Assembly: GCF_030144855.1 (NCBI RefSeq)
Contig: NC_082711.1
Coordinates: forward strand, 158,906,001-158,970,000
DNA: 64,000 nucleotides
Source of the DNA: Hypanus sabinus
Taxonomy: Eukaryota
Direction: 5' to 3'
The translations under genes and the position numbers were made by a program. Shown piece by piece: positions 36,781-48,280 of this stretch. Below the pieces are notes generated by a model. It was not told the origin of the DNA. It made no database searches and saw only the letters and a list, made by a program, of their open reading frames with translations. Position 1 is the first letter of the stretch. The number at the start of each line of letters is the position of its first letter.

Positions 36781-37789
36781 ACGTAAATTTCTGAATTCAT
36801 AGCTGAGAACAAAGTTTGCAGTTGCATCCACTTTAGGTAGAATAAAAAAGCAAATTAAATTGATGCTCCCATTGTATTCTCTCTGAAGAGTTTATCAAGT
36901 CTGTTGAAAGTAGTCATTTCCCTGCCAGTTCCTTTCCGCCAAATCAAATCTTGCCTGCTCAGTATGCCCACTGCACGTTTGTAAAAGTGGGGAAAACAAA
37001 TCTTCATCGCAGTCTGTGTGATATAGCAAATTGCTAGCAACAAATCTCTCTCATCGCGTCTGGCATCATTATGGTTGTTTGATAGAACTACAGCCTTGAA
37101 ACCTTTGCTCTGCTGTTTCTATATTGATAATCCAGTATGTATGGAGCCAAACCAATGTCATCGTCAGGCAGAAATGTCCTTTTTGAAAGGATCCTCCCTA
37201 TCTAGATAAATATCACTAACATTTTATGAGTTTGGGTTTGCTAGTTATATGGCAATAGCCAGTGCATGTTAACAGTTCAGTTCAATTTTTTTGTCTGTGG
37301 CAATGGCCTGATTATTTTCAAATGTATGCACTGAAGCTCCATTAGTGATCCATATCTTATCAACTGCAGGTAGAACTGTTGAATAGTTGATAGAAGAATG
37401 GTTAAGTCTTTGGAAAAGATGGATGAGAACTGAATAAAACATTGTAATCTCTTCCTCCCCACTTCCAACTCCCTCACCTAACCACTGCAAAGTCAACTAT
37501 TATCTAATTGACTAAATGACAGTGAAATTGGTCATAAGCCCATGAAAAGAAGTAACATTTTAAATTTGTCCTGTCGTTAGGATATATGAATGGAAACATA
37601 GGGCATTTGACTTCTGGGTGACAAATTATTGACTAATCAAAACAACACATTTTAAATCTTTGTTGTTTTCCAATGGTTTTCAACTTTGGGAAAAACACGA
37701 ATTCATAGGTTAAAGGCACTCAATACAATCTACTGAATCTTACCCAGCTAGTTCCAAGTTCTTATATTTGGACTACATCTTCTAAGTTC

Positions 37790-38810
37790 TGCTCCTCCAT
37801 GTACCTATCTAAGTGTTTCTTCAATGATACTATTGCATTTGCCTCAACCATCTCCTGTGACAGCTCATTCCACATATTCACTACTCTCTGTGTGAAAAAG
37901 TTGCCTTTGAAATCTTTTCCCTCTCATCCTAAATCTAGGTCCTCGAGTTTTGGACTCCCCTATGCTGAGTAAGAAAATTACCATCCACCTTATCAGTGTG
38001 CGTCATAATTTTAAACACTTCTATAAGGTGGCATACATAAGATGCTGGAAGAACTCAGCGGGTAAGTCATCACCAATGAAAAGGAACAAACAGTCGGCAT
38101 TTCTGGCTGAGACCCTTTTCAGGACCGAATAAGGAGGGGTAAGATGCGACAACAAAAATGTGGTAAGAGGGGAAGGCAGATAGCAAATAGATGACAGATG
38201 AAGCCTGGTAGGTTGGAATGATGAAGGGCTGGAGAAGAAGAAATTTGATAGGAGAGGAGAGTGGATGATAGGAGAAAGGGAAGCAGGAGGGGACCCAGGG
38301 GGAGGGGATAAGCAAGTGAGAAGAGGTAAGAGGCCAGAGTGGGGAATAGAAGAAGAGGGAAGGGGCGGATTTTTTTTTACCCGAAGGAGAAATCGATATT
38401 CATGCCATCAGGTTGGAGGCCACCCAGGTGGAATCTAAGGTGTTGTTCCTTCACCCTGTGGGTGACCTCATCTTGACACAAGAGGAGGCAATAGACCAAT
38501 ATGTCAATCCTAAAAGGTCACTCCTCATCCTCCTATTTTCCAAAGAATAAAGACCTAGCCTACCAACTTCCTCCTATAAATCAGGCTCGCTAATCCTGAC
38601 AACATCCTTCCAAAGCTTCTCTGCATTTTTTCCCATTTAACCATATCTTTCCTATAACAGGGTAACCAAAACTGTACGCAGTACACAGTGCAGCCTCACT
38701 AATGACTTATACAACTGCCACATTAAGTCCCAACTCCCATACTCAGTTCCCCCGGCAGCTGACGGCCAGTATGCTAAATGCATTTTTCACCACCCTGTCT
38801 AACCGTGACA
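37790..38810 (-). mobile_element. CR1 3' portion interrupted by a Penelope element
   Basis: Antisense CR1 signatures on both sides of 38033-38506. Confidence 0.75.
38033..38506 (-). mobile_element. Penelope-like element 3' end including the GIY-YIG endonuclease C-terminus
   Basis: Minus strand translates DILVYCLLLCQDEVTHRVKEQHLRFHLGGLQPDGMNIDFSFG* (PLE E..xI..L.xL.P.GxN motif). It is followed by a pyrimidine-rich UTR and a degenerate hammerhead at 38091-38127. Confidence 0.85.
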
Positions 38811-40533
38811 GTGAAATAGGCATTTCAGAAATGAGGAAAAGGAAGAAAATTGGGTTGATTTTGTACCTGTTACTTGCTCAGTTTGAAGCAGCTCAACGAG
38901 TCAAAAGTTGTTGTGCAGCACACATGGGGTCAGAGTGCTCCATAATGGATAAATGACAGCGGATGGAATAATGGCTGGCCAAGTTATTATTCCTAAACCA
39001 CTTATTACAATCCCTTGCCAATCAACTGATGCTCTAAATCTAAAACCCCTCTCCCCGAACCCGATGAGATGGAGCCCGGACCTCCCGGTTCTTCACTTTC
39101 TGTCCTGTGATGGAGCTTGCATAACAAGTGCATAGCCCGTTCTTTCCTGCCTAACACTTTGAGGCTCATATATAATAACATCTTTCAGCGGCAGCCTTCA
39201 ATAAAACATTTTTTGCATGTCTTGCACCAACCATTTAATAAAGCTTTCTGGGAACTGGCAAGCTTTCTTTATCAACAATTGCCAACAAAATAGTCGCTGG
39301 AAAATAAACGCAGTGCGAGGTTTAAACAATTCCTATTGGGTAAGGTCTGCTGGAGAATGTTTGTAGGTGGGCACTGTTTGTTGATCATTTCTACTGTCAA
39401 AGAATTTCAGTTTTTTAAGAGATACTTTCTCTTGCTTATTTCTCAATCCACTGCACAAACAGCAGCTGAGGTGTTGCTTTGACTCTGTGGCAAATCAGCT
39501 TTCTCTGTGCAAGTGGAGAAGAAAGATTTCTGAAGAGAGCTTAAGTCTGAAGTTAGTTGTGACTGGAGACCCCCTTCATACCTAATTCCCAGCCTGACTT
39601 TGTTCAATTTGCTTGATTTTACTCCCTCATGTATGTGGCTGACATTGGAGAAGGGATGAACCCATCCAGCATTCATTTGCATGACAATGCGTGCGCATGA
39701 CCTCTGACCCGCATAGGTACACATGAGTTACCATGCATACTGCATGGTAACTTTCTACTGCATTGAGCTAGATGCTTCAACAGGCTTTATCCACATATAA
39801 CTCTTGTCAGTTAAGGTCAAGATCAACAACAGAAGAGAGCTTGCTGCTTTCTGATTTCATTTCAGGAAACTCATTCTATTTACAGAGTGCTATAGTTCAG
39901 ATTAGCCCTGAAGCTGAAATGAATTTGGATTAAAGAGCTCTCTATAAATGGGTCTTCAGCACAAGCATTTCAGAAGACTGAGGGATGCATTGACGCGTCA
40001 ATGGTTTTTGAAACTGTCTTCAAATGGCAAGAGATTTAGCCCTTGATTCGAGACTTTCCTGCTAAAGATTCAATAGCAAAACTCCAGTGCATTCAATGAA
40101 GTTGGATAATGTTTAAGATGGCATCATGATAAGGGAGTTATGTAATATTTTGTTAAACAGTTATACCAAAGCCACATAAAAGCCTCTCGCAGTTCTTAAT
40201 CAGGATTGATAACGCTGGTGAATCTCTGCAGCCAACAGTATTTCATTATTGTTTGAAATGTGTCACACTAATCAAACAGCTGAGATCCTTGCTGCCGTCT
40301 TCCTGCTCACTCTAATCAATCCATAGCACGCTGTGCCATTGTGGGCAGCCCCATGATAATTGAAGAGTGTCCTGACCAATATTTAACAATTGAACGTCAC
40401 TGTAAGAATCCCTTTTCTTGTTGTGTATGTGAGCTTCTGCGACACCTTTGTCCCAGCATTGACAAGGAGAGCACCTATTGCTTGTCCATGTGCCCTGGGA
40501 CTCAGCACCTTGCCAGCTTGTCAGGCCCATTAT

Positions 40534-40772
40534 AAGTCAACCATATTGTAGTCAAAAAAGGGAGAGAAAATTTCTTTCCTAAAGTAGATTATTGAACCAG
40601 GTGGATTTTTTTTTAGGACAATCTAAGTCCAAGTAATTAATCCTTTTAAATTGCTGTTTATTTCATTCACAAAAATTAAATCTCACAATTACCTGTGTTG
40701 GACCCTTAACTTCTGCTTCGAGTTTGTCAGCCCTCTGGATGATCAGCTCAGTAATTTACCCACTATGCTATG
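40534..40772 (-). mobile_element. Old tRNA-headed SINE
   Basis: On minus: tagcatagtgggtaaattactgagctgatcatccagagg...aaaaatccacctggttcaataatctactttaggaaagaaa. Confidence 0.55.
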
Positions 40773-41019
40773 TCAGATAATCCTGAATGCAGCAGATGTG
40801 AAATGTGTTGTGCTCCGAGTAAACTACAGCCGATATGGATGATAAACCAGGCACAGGGCCTTTGGTTAGGATACTCAAGGGGCTATGCATCTGTTTCAGT
40901 CAGTTGCCATGGACCATCTCTACAGCACCCCCTGTTGGGTTTGAACATGTTTCAGGCACAGAAGATTGGCCTGAAAATTCAGCTTTATCCTAGGGCATTC
41001 AGTAATCTCTTCTGGTCCA

Positions 41020-41118
41020 GCACCGATGTGTCAGTCTAGATTATGTGGTCTTGGCACTTCGAACCCACAATCTTTCAACTCCAGCGCTGAGAGTGCTACC
41101 ACCGAGTCAAGCTGACAG
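41020..41118 (-). mobile_element. SacSINE1-like tRNA head remnant
   Basis: On minus: gtcagcttgactcggtggtagcactctcagc...gattgtgggttcgaagt (A-box and B-box). Confidence 0.6.
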
Positions 41119-41417
41119 TTAAATAATATGTAGAGAATGAATGGCAGATTGTCCCCCCTTTATGCTTGGAGCAGGGAAGATTGACTTGTAGTAACGATAT
41201 CTGAATTTATAAGTAATATAAACCATCCAGCAGTAACATTGCAGAGGCTGGCATAAGACAGTCACAACACAAATGGTTCATTAGGCCTCCCGGCGTTTAT
41301 TTGTATAGTATGTTTCACTCAAAGGTTACGTTCCTTTAAGAGTTTTGCTGTTTTGCATGGGATTTAGTAGAAGGGGATCAAGTGACAGGCTTCTGACTGA
41401 GGTATTTTATTAGTAAG

Positions 41418-41466
41418 CTGAACTTACGACTGAACTTATTACTGAATTTACTACTGAACTTAACTA
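41418..41466. repeat. Minisatellite, 4 x ~12 bp (ctgaacttacta)
   Basis: ctgaacttacga ctgaacttatta ctgaatttacta ctgaacttaacta. Confidence 0.85.
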
Positions 41467-41574
41467 CTCTTCAGGAAAGGATTGTAAGAAAAACATACTG
41501 AAAAAAATAATAGCTCATTTTCGATATCAATGGGCTTATGAGGATTGACTGTAATATTAACTCCCGACAACATA

Positions 41575-42117
41575 CACTCAGTGGCCACTTTATTAGGTAC
41601 CTCCCATACCTAATAAAGTGGCCACTGAGTGTATGTCTGTGACCTTCTGCTGCTGTAGCCCATCCACTTCGAGGTTCAATGTATTGCGCTCTTCTGCACA
41701 CCACTGTTGTAACATGTGGTTATTTGAGTTACTGTAGCCTTCCAGTCAGCTTGAACCTGCCTGGCCATTCTCCTCTGGTCTTTCTCATTAACAAGATGTT
41801 TTCACCTGCAGAAATGCTGCTCACTGGATTTCATTTTTTTGGGGGGGTTTTTTGCACCATTCTCTGATGTACGTGAAAATCTCAGGAGATCAGCAGTTTC
41901 TGAGATACTCAAACCGCCTCATCTGGCACCAGCAGTCATTTTACAGTCCAAGTCACTTAGATCACATTTCTTCCCCATTCTGATGTTTGGCCTGAACAAC
42001 AGCTGGACCTCTTGACCATGTCTGCATGCTTTTCTGCATTGATTCCTGCCACATGATTGGCTTGTTTGCTTTAACGAGCAGGTTTACAGCTGTGTCTAAA
42101 TTAGTGCCCATTGAGTG
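41575..42117 (-). mobile_element. Non-autonomous Tc1 element with three TIRs
   Basis: TA|perfect 25-bp TIR hairpin (41575-41631)|TA, and terminal TIR ending 42117|TA. The minus strand encodes MGKKCDLSDLDCKMTAGAR.GGLSISETADLLRFSR. Confidence 0.9.
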
Positions 42118-43204
42118 TAAATGGGGAAGAGTAGGGAATAAGAGGGAGAGAGAATGTATCTGACCTCTGTGCTGACTGTCAGTGCTCCATGGCACTCATT
42201 ATGACCCAGGAAGAAGAAGAATGCTTTTCTCTGCCTCTCAGTGAAGGTTTTAGCCTCCCTCTAGTCAAACCCTGATCACTCATTCTATCATAACACACAC
42301 AAAATGCTGGTGGAACTCAGCAGTTTGGGCAGCATCTATGGAGAGGTTTGTTTCAGGCCAGAGATCTGATTAAGATTCTGATTCTGAATGTTTAGAGTCT
42401 ACACTTTTTCCCTCTGGCCAGATAGATTGTTTTTTTCCCCAGTTTCCTGGTTTCATTCCATATCCCAAAGATAGGACTGTTGCTAGGTTAGTTGGCCACA
42501 GTTAAGTTCCCTTGTGCATCGGTGAATGGCACAAGCTGTGGAGCATTGATGGGAATGCATGGAGAATAAGACAGGATTGACAGTCAGTTCCAGCTCATTC
42601 AGTCTAGTCAATTTCTTTGGGATGTATAATATAATTTCCATACAGGTCTCCATAATGCTTTCCCGAGTTACAGCAGTATTTGTGAGGTGAATTTCAAAGG
42701 GTAATTCCATCAATTCACTTGGCACTCTAGCCCAGCAATCATTCCAGTCCGCCGATGTTGCCCACATTTCATTTGTCCACCCATCTTGGAACATTATAAA
42801 CTATTTGAGACATTTGCAAGGGCCTACCACTGACATTGAAGATGACATCTATAAAGTTGATGAGTTTCAGATGAATGAGGTTCCCAGTTGTAAATGAATA
42901 CATTATTCGGACCTGTGAAAATGGTGTTGCTTCAGGATCTGTAATTTAGTGCCCAGGTTGAGACCCTTTTCTGTTGTCATCCACTGGGATTCCAGCTCAT
43001 TAGCAAATCATTGAGCTTCAAAACAGAGTGTTGCTTGATGGGCCAGGTGTTGATACCCCAGGTGGTTAGCAGCTTACTCCTCCCAGTCACTGGCATTGGT
43101 TCCTCTTCAGTTCTGGCCAGTCTTGAGCCTATCATTGCATCACTTCTTCCAGTCATTTTTTCTGGCCAATGGAGAACCTAATGTGGGTGGTGGTTCTCAA
43201 GCCT

Positions 43205-43425
43205 TAAGACCGTATGTCATAGGAGCAGAATTAAGTCATTTGGTCAATCAAGTTTGCTCCGACATTCCTTCATGACTGATTTATCTTTCCTGCTTTGTCC
43301 CTGTAACCTTCAAATCCCTTTCTAATCAGAATTTATCCACTTCCACTTTAAATATACCCAATGACTTGACCTCTATAGCTGTCTGTGAAAATAAATTCCA
43401 CATATTCATCACCCTCTGGCTATAG
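43205..43425 (-). mobile_element. CR1 3' end
   Basis: QRVMNMWNLFSQTAIEVKSLGIFKVEVDKF. Confidence 0.8.
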
Positions 43426-45124
43426 AAGCCCAAACATCTGAACACAATGTCCAATCTGTCACAGCTTATTCTCCAACAACAGGTCTGCATCCTGATGGGT
43501 GGAGCCTCGTGAGCGAATCCCATATTGGTCAGGTAGCTCTCCAATTTGATCCCTGGGATTCGAGAACCACTAGTTGAGGCTCTGAAAATCTCACCACGGT
43601 TGAGAAGGGTTGTTCACACCTTAGTCCTGTGATCCAGGATCTTTCTCAACTTACAAAGTTCTCATGCTTTAAAACCAATTTGCTACAACTTGAAGAAAGC
43701 AACACTTACATAGTTGACAAACTCATTGTCGGTAGCCCATTGAATTGATGACTGCTAGATAGGACAAGTATTCCACATATTCAAAAGTCACTCCAGTACA
43801 CAGATGGTGTACTGGCTGTTCAGCTGAGCTGGGGGGAGAGTGGTAGAAAACTTTTATCTTGATGACATTCAAGACTGGCCAAATCTCTTATTGAAAATAT
43901 TGAAGAGACTGAGCATCACTTGCTACCCTCCCAACACACAATTCCATACAATCATGATACACGGTGGTCAGGTTCAATGTAACAGTGGACCATGATGACT
44001 AGAACCACTTTCCATTACAGTCTTCAATCTTCACAACCATTTCTTCCAGAGATTTTCTGCACCTACTCAGTCCTTGACAGCAATTTTGGACCGCATGTCT
44101 AATGGCATGAACAGCATGCTTCTGCTGCCTGGGCGAGAGGCATGAGTGGTTAAATTACCCCTCCTACACACCTCAAAAGTAAATGGTGTTTCAATTCAGC
44201 TTTCATTTGGGTTGCCAGCATTTTAAAGAAGGGAAACATTGTAAATAGCTTTATTTTCACTGGGGAGGAAGGCAGGGCAATAATTATATGGTTGCTATAA
44301 ACCATGTACAAATTGCGAATTGCTACGCTTTGATGCAGCTTAAATTGTTGCATCTTGAGCTTGTAAACAGGCAAAATGCTTTGTTGAATGCTTTCTCGTT
44401 GAGAAGGCACTCTTTAATATGGTTCATTTTCTTACTTGCCATTGTGCTTAAAATGATGTAACTTTACAGTATATAAAAGTAAATGAGCTATGGAGTATTC
44501 TCCATTAAAAAGTTTAAGCAATAGCTGTTACTTGCAGACCATGCTTAGTTCCTAAGGAAAAAGATGTGATTTTGTTATCAGATATGAACCTGTTCTGCTG
44601 TTAAACCTAAATTGTATTGGATAAAATGAGTTAGAAATCTATAAGTAGTTTGTATGTGTGCTGTGAGTAAGCAAAGTAGTTACCAATATCTGTAAGATAT
44701 TTCTTCATGTGTATTGGCATTGTATGTCTGGAAATGCAAATACAGCACAAGTGAACCAAATTCACACAATTAACTGGCTTAAAGCTGGCCAAATATAACA
44801 TGTGCTATATCACTAATCCCTATAGATTACACCTTGCATGAACATTTCTGCATCTCTGGTTCAAAGTACGTTTGCTCTATTTAAGACCTTGCTTAACAAG
44901 ATGAAATTAGCCTTCTAAAAGAAGTGGAAATGGCTGCACAGCATGTGAATTATAGGACTTAGTTTATCAATGAATTATGTTTGGGCATCTTTTATGCCTA
45001 TTAGATAATCATTATGTTTTTGTACATTTGGTTCTCTTCTGTTATTTATGTATTTCCATTCAGCAAAGGTAACTAAATATAAGTCAACTGTATTCTTCCT
45101 AATTTGTAATCCTTCCCAATAACT

Positions 45125-45475
45125 CCCCACCACCCAGGACAAGCCCTCTTCTCATTGCTACCTTCGGGAAGGGGGTACAGAAGCCTAAAGGAACACAGTC
45201 AGAGTTTCAGCAACAGCTTCTTCCCCTCTGCCATCCCATTTCTAGATGAACATTGAACCCAGGAACACTACACTACTACTTTATTTTTGTTTCTGGGTTT
45301 TCTGCAATACTTATTTTAACTATTTAATAGATATATATATATACACATGTACTGTAACTCGGTTTTTTCTCTATATTTATTTACCATGTATTTCATTGTA
45401 CTGCTGCTCTAAAGTTAATGAATTTCACAACATATGCCAGTGACATTAAACCTGTTTTGATTTTGATTCGGATTC
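45125..45475 (+). mobile_element. Rex1-type LINE 3' end
   Basis: LFSLLPSGRGYRSLK..FSNSFFPSAI, with a cattaaacctgttttgattttgatt tail. Confidence 0.8.
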
Positions 45476-45932
45476 TCACCAACCTTAAGTATCATCTAAC
45501 GTAAATATTGTTCATCATGCTGCTTTGATCAACAAAGAGAAATCCCAATTCAATCTGATCTAAGAAATGGATTCATTTTGTATTGACAAAGTGGTAAAAT
45601 AGAGAAGGCACCGAATGGTAGTGCAGTAGTCAGCACAGCTTCCTCATATCTTCACGGACATGAGTTTCATCCCGACCTTGGTTCTTTGTAGAATTTGTAC
45701 CTCATGTGTGTGGATTTCTTCTGTGAGATCCAGCTTCTTTCCACATCTTAAAGAAGGGCTGGTATGTTAATGCCACCACTGTAGGTAAGAAGCAAAATAA
45801 TTAAATGGAAGTTGATGTGTGTGAGAGACAAAGTACAAGCTGCAGGCACTTGGGGAGAGAAAGTGTGAAAGTGAGGCTAATGACAGCTACTATAATCCAT
45901 ATGGTGTTCTCCCATATTATGACACATAAGCA

Positions 45933-46290
45933 GGAAAGGTTTGGATGGCAGGGTAGAGGAATGTCTGTACCAAAGAATGTCAAGGCCCTTCTTCCCTCTG
46001 CTAGTCTTCAGGTCACCCTTGGGCAAGATGTAGCACCTGCTTAGCACCCCCCCCCACCCCCCCAATCAGTGTCTCAAGAAGCCATGGAAGCGGGCAGTGA
46101 ATGGTGCATAAAACAAGTCCTGTCTATGCCACCGCTGGCGCCAGGCAGAACATTTCTGAAAACTGCTGATAATGCCTGGGGTCTCCTGTCTTGAGAAGAC
46201 AATGGCAAACCACTTCTGTAGGAAAGTTTGCCAAGAACAAACATGTCATGCAAAGACCGTGATCGCCCACATCACATGGCCCATAATGAA
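45933..46290 (+). mobile_element. SINE-like element with RTE-type tail
   Basis: caatggcaaaccacttctgtag...tttgccaagaa...ataatga resembles RTE 3' ends. Confidence 0.5.
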
Positions 46291-47119
46291 CAAATGAAAT
46301 AAGAATGGTCAAGGAATAGTCAGTCACAAGGTGAGAAAGTGATAATGTAATGCTGGTTAGCCAAGGTGATTGTGTTGCACATCACAAACAGCAATAAAGA
46401 TATTTTTCGTTTGACTCTCATAATAGTAATGTTTTAGTAAATCTAGGTAAAGTTCCAAAGCTTAAAATACCGGAAGCCTGTGCTTCAAAGTCAAAAGGTT
46501 TGCTCCATTTGAAACCAATTCCACTGGCATTTTTACTCACTCTTGTTTTTCCTGATACAAACAAGCTGTTTCTCTAATATACCTTTTCATCTTCAGTGCT
46601 CTACCGAGACACTGTATACTCCTGTCCTGTACACTTTTCCATTAATTACCAATTAGCGATCTATGGTCACATAGCAAATATCACAATCTGCTAATGGCCT
46701 CTTCATAAAAGATGAGATTAAGCGAAGAGCTATTTTATTTCAGTCTTCCATATGGTCGTGATGTAGTATCTGTCAGCTGCCTAATAAAGTTTGTTTTATC
46801 TTTTATTTTGAAGCAATAACTATAAAACGATATGTGACTCAACATAAAAGGCAATGGCTAAAGACCAAGTGCTTCATGTGTGGTCTGAGATACGTAAGAT
46901 TGCTGGCAGTAGATTAGCATTAACAGGTAAAGTGATGTGACCTGATGTTTCATACAGTCATTAATTTCACCAGCTTTTTTGATGTTAGCTTGAATATCTA
47001 AACAAAAAGGTCTTGTACGTGAGTTTCTAACCTATGAAGTATTCTTCCCTAGGAAAAGTAATTCTTTGAATCAGACCACAGCTTGAGAGCGTATGTATTA
47101 CAGTAAAAATCTTTGAAAG

Positions 47120-48280
47120 GGACCTGTGGGGCAATGTTTTCATGTTGAGGTTGATGGGTTTATGGAACAAGTCACCATAAGAAGCTGCAGAGGTGGGTAC
47201 AACTACAGTGTTTAAAAAATATATGGACAGGTGCATGGATAGAAAAGAGTTGAAGGTATGTGCATCAATCTTTGCATCAGTCTTCACTGTAGAAGACACT
47301 AGTAGTAAGCCAGAATTTCAAGAGTCTTGGGGGTGGGGGGAGGGCAGAAGCAACTGTTGTTGTTTCTACTGAGGACAAATGCTAGAGGTCTGAAAGTAGA
47401 CCAGATGGACTACACCTCAGGGTTCTGAAAAGAGGTAGCCAAAGAAATTGTGGAGGCATTAGCAATGATCTAGAGCGGTGCTGGAAGAATGGAAAGTTGC
47501 AGATTTAAGAAGGGAGGGAGGCAGAAGGAAGGAAAGTATAGGCCAGTTAGCTTGACTTCAGTGATTGGGAAGACGTTTGGAGTCCATCATTAAGGATCAG
47601 ATTTTAGGGTATTTGGAGGCACAGGATAAAGAACGCCAAAGTCAGCATGGGTAAAGGGGTGCTGAAGAATGGCAGAGGAAGTTCTCAAGGATGTTACTAG
47701 GGCTCAAAACAAAACAAAAATTTGGAAAGACTGATGTAGTATTCTTTAGAATGGAAGGCATAGGGTTGAGTCTTAGATAAAATGTTTGAAATTATGACGT
47801 GCTTACATAAAATAAATAGGAAGAACCTACTTCCCTCATCAGTGGAGCCAAAACCCAAGAGATTTAAGATTAAGCAACACACACAAAATACTGGTGGAAC
47901 ACAGCAGGCCAGGCAGCACCTATAAGGAGAAGCACTGTCGACGTTTCAGGCCGAGATGAAGGGTCTCGTTATAGATGCCTCCTGGCCTGCTGTGTTCCAC
48001 CGGCATTTTGTGTGTGTTGCTTGAATTTACAGCACCTGCAGATTCCCTTGTGTTAGATTTAAGATTAAAGTAGATGGTAATAGATCCTGAGGAGAAATGA
48101 GGAAAATTTGCTTTCACCCATAGAGTTGTAGCAGTCAAATTCACTGCCTGAAAAAGCTGGTAAAAGCAGAAACCTTCATCACATTTAAAAGATGCAGATT
48201 TTAAGAGCTTTCTGGGCTATGTGTTAGAAGATTCGATACAGTTCACTTCCAATCCATGATGGATTGAATGGCATCTTCTG
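47120..48280 (+). mobile_element. CR1 fragments (RT N-terminal part and 3' ends)
   Basis: PDGLHLRVLK..KYRPVSLTSVIGK-like segment and ttcacccatagagttgtag 3' segment. Confidence 0.7.
47874..48054. mobile_element. Penelope-derived fold-back insertion
   Basis: Inverted arms of about 50 bp around split hammerhead halves, with a perfect 14-bp TSD agatttaagattaa (47860-47873 / 48055-48068). Confidence 0.85.

Noticed and set aside
41020-41118. tRNA gene
   Set aside because: A/B boxes are present but there is no complete cloverleaf, and it continues into SINE body sequence.
41418-41466. CRISPR-like or functional array
   Set aside because: Four adjacent 12-mers without spacers, i.e. a simple minisatellite.
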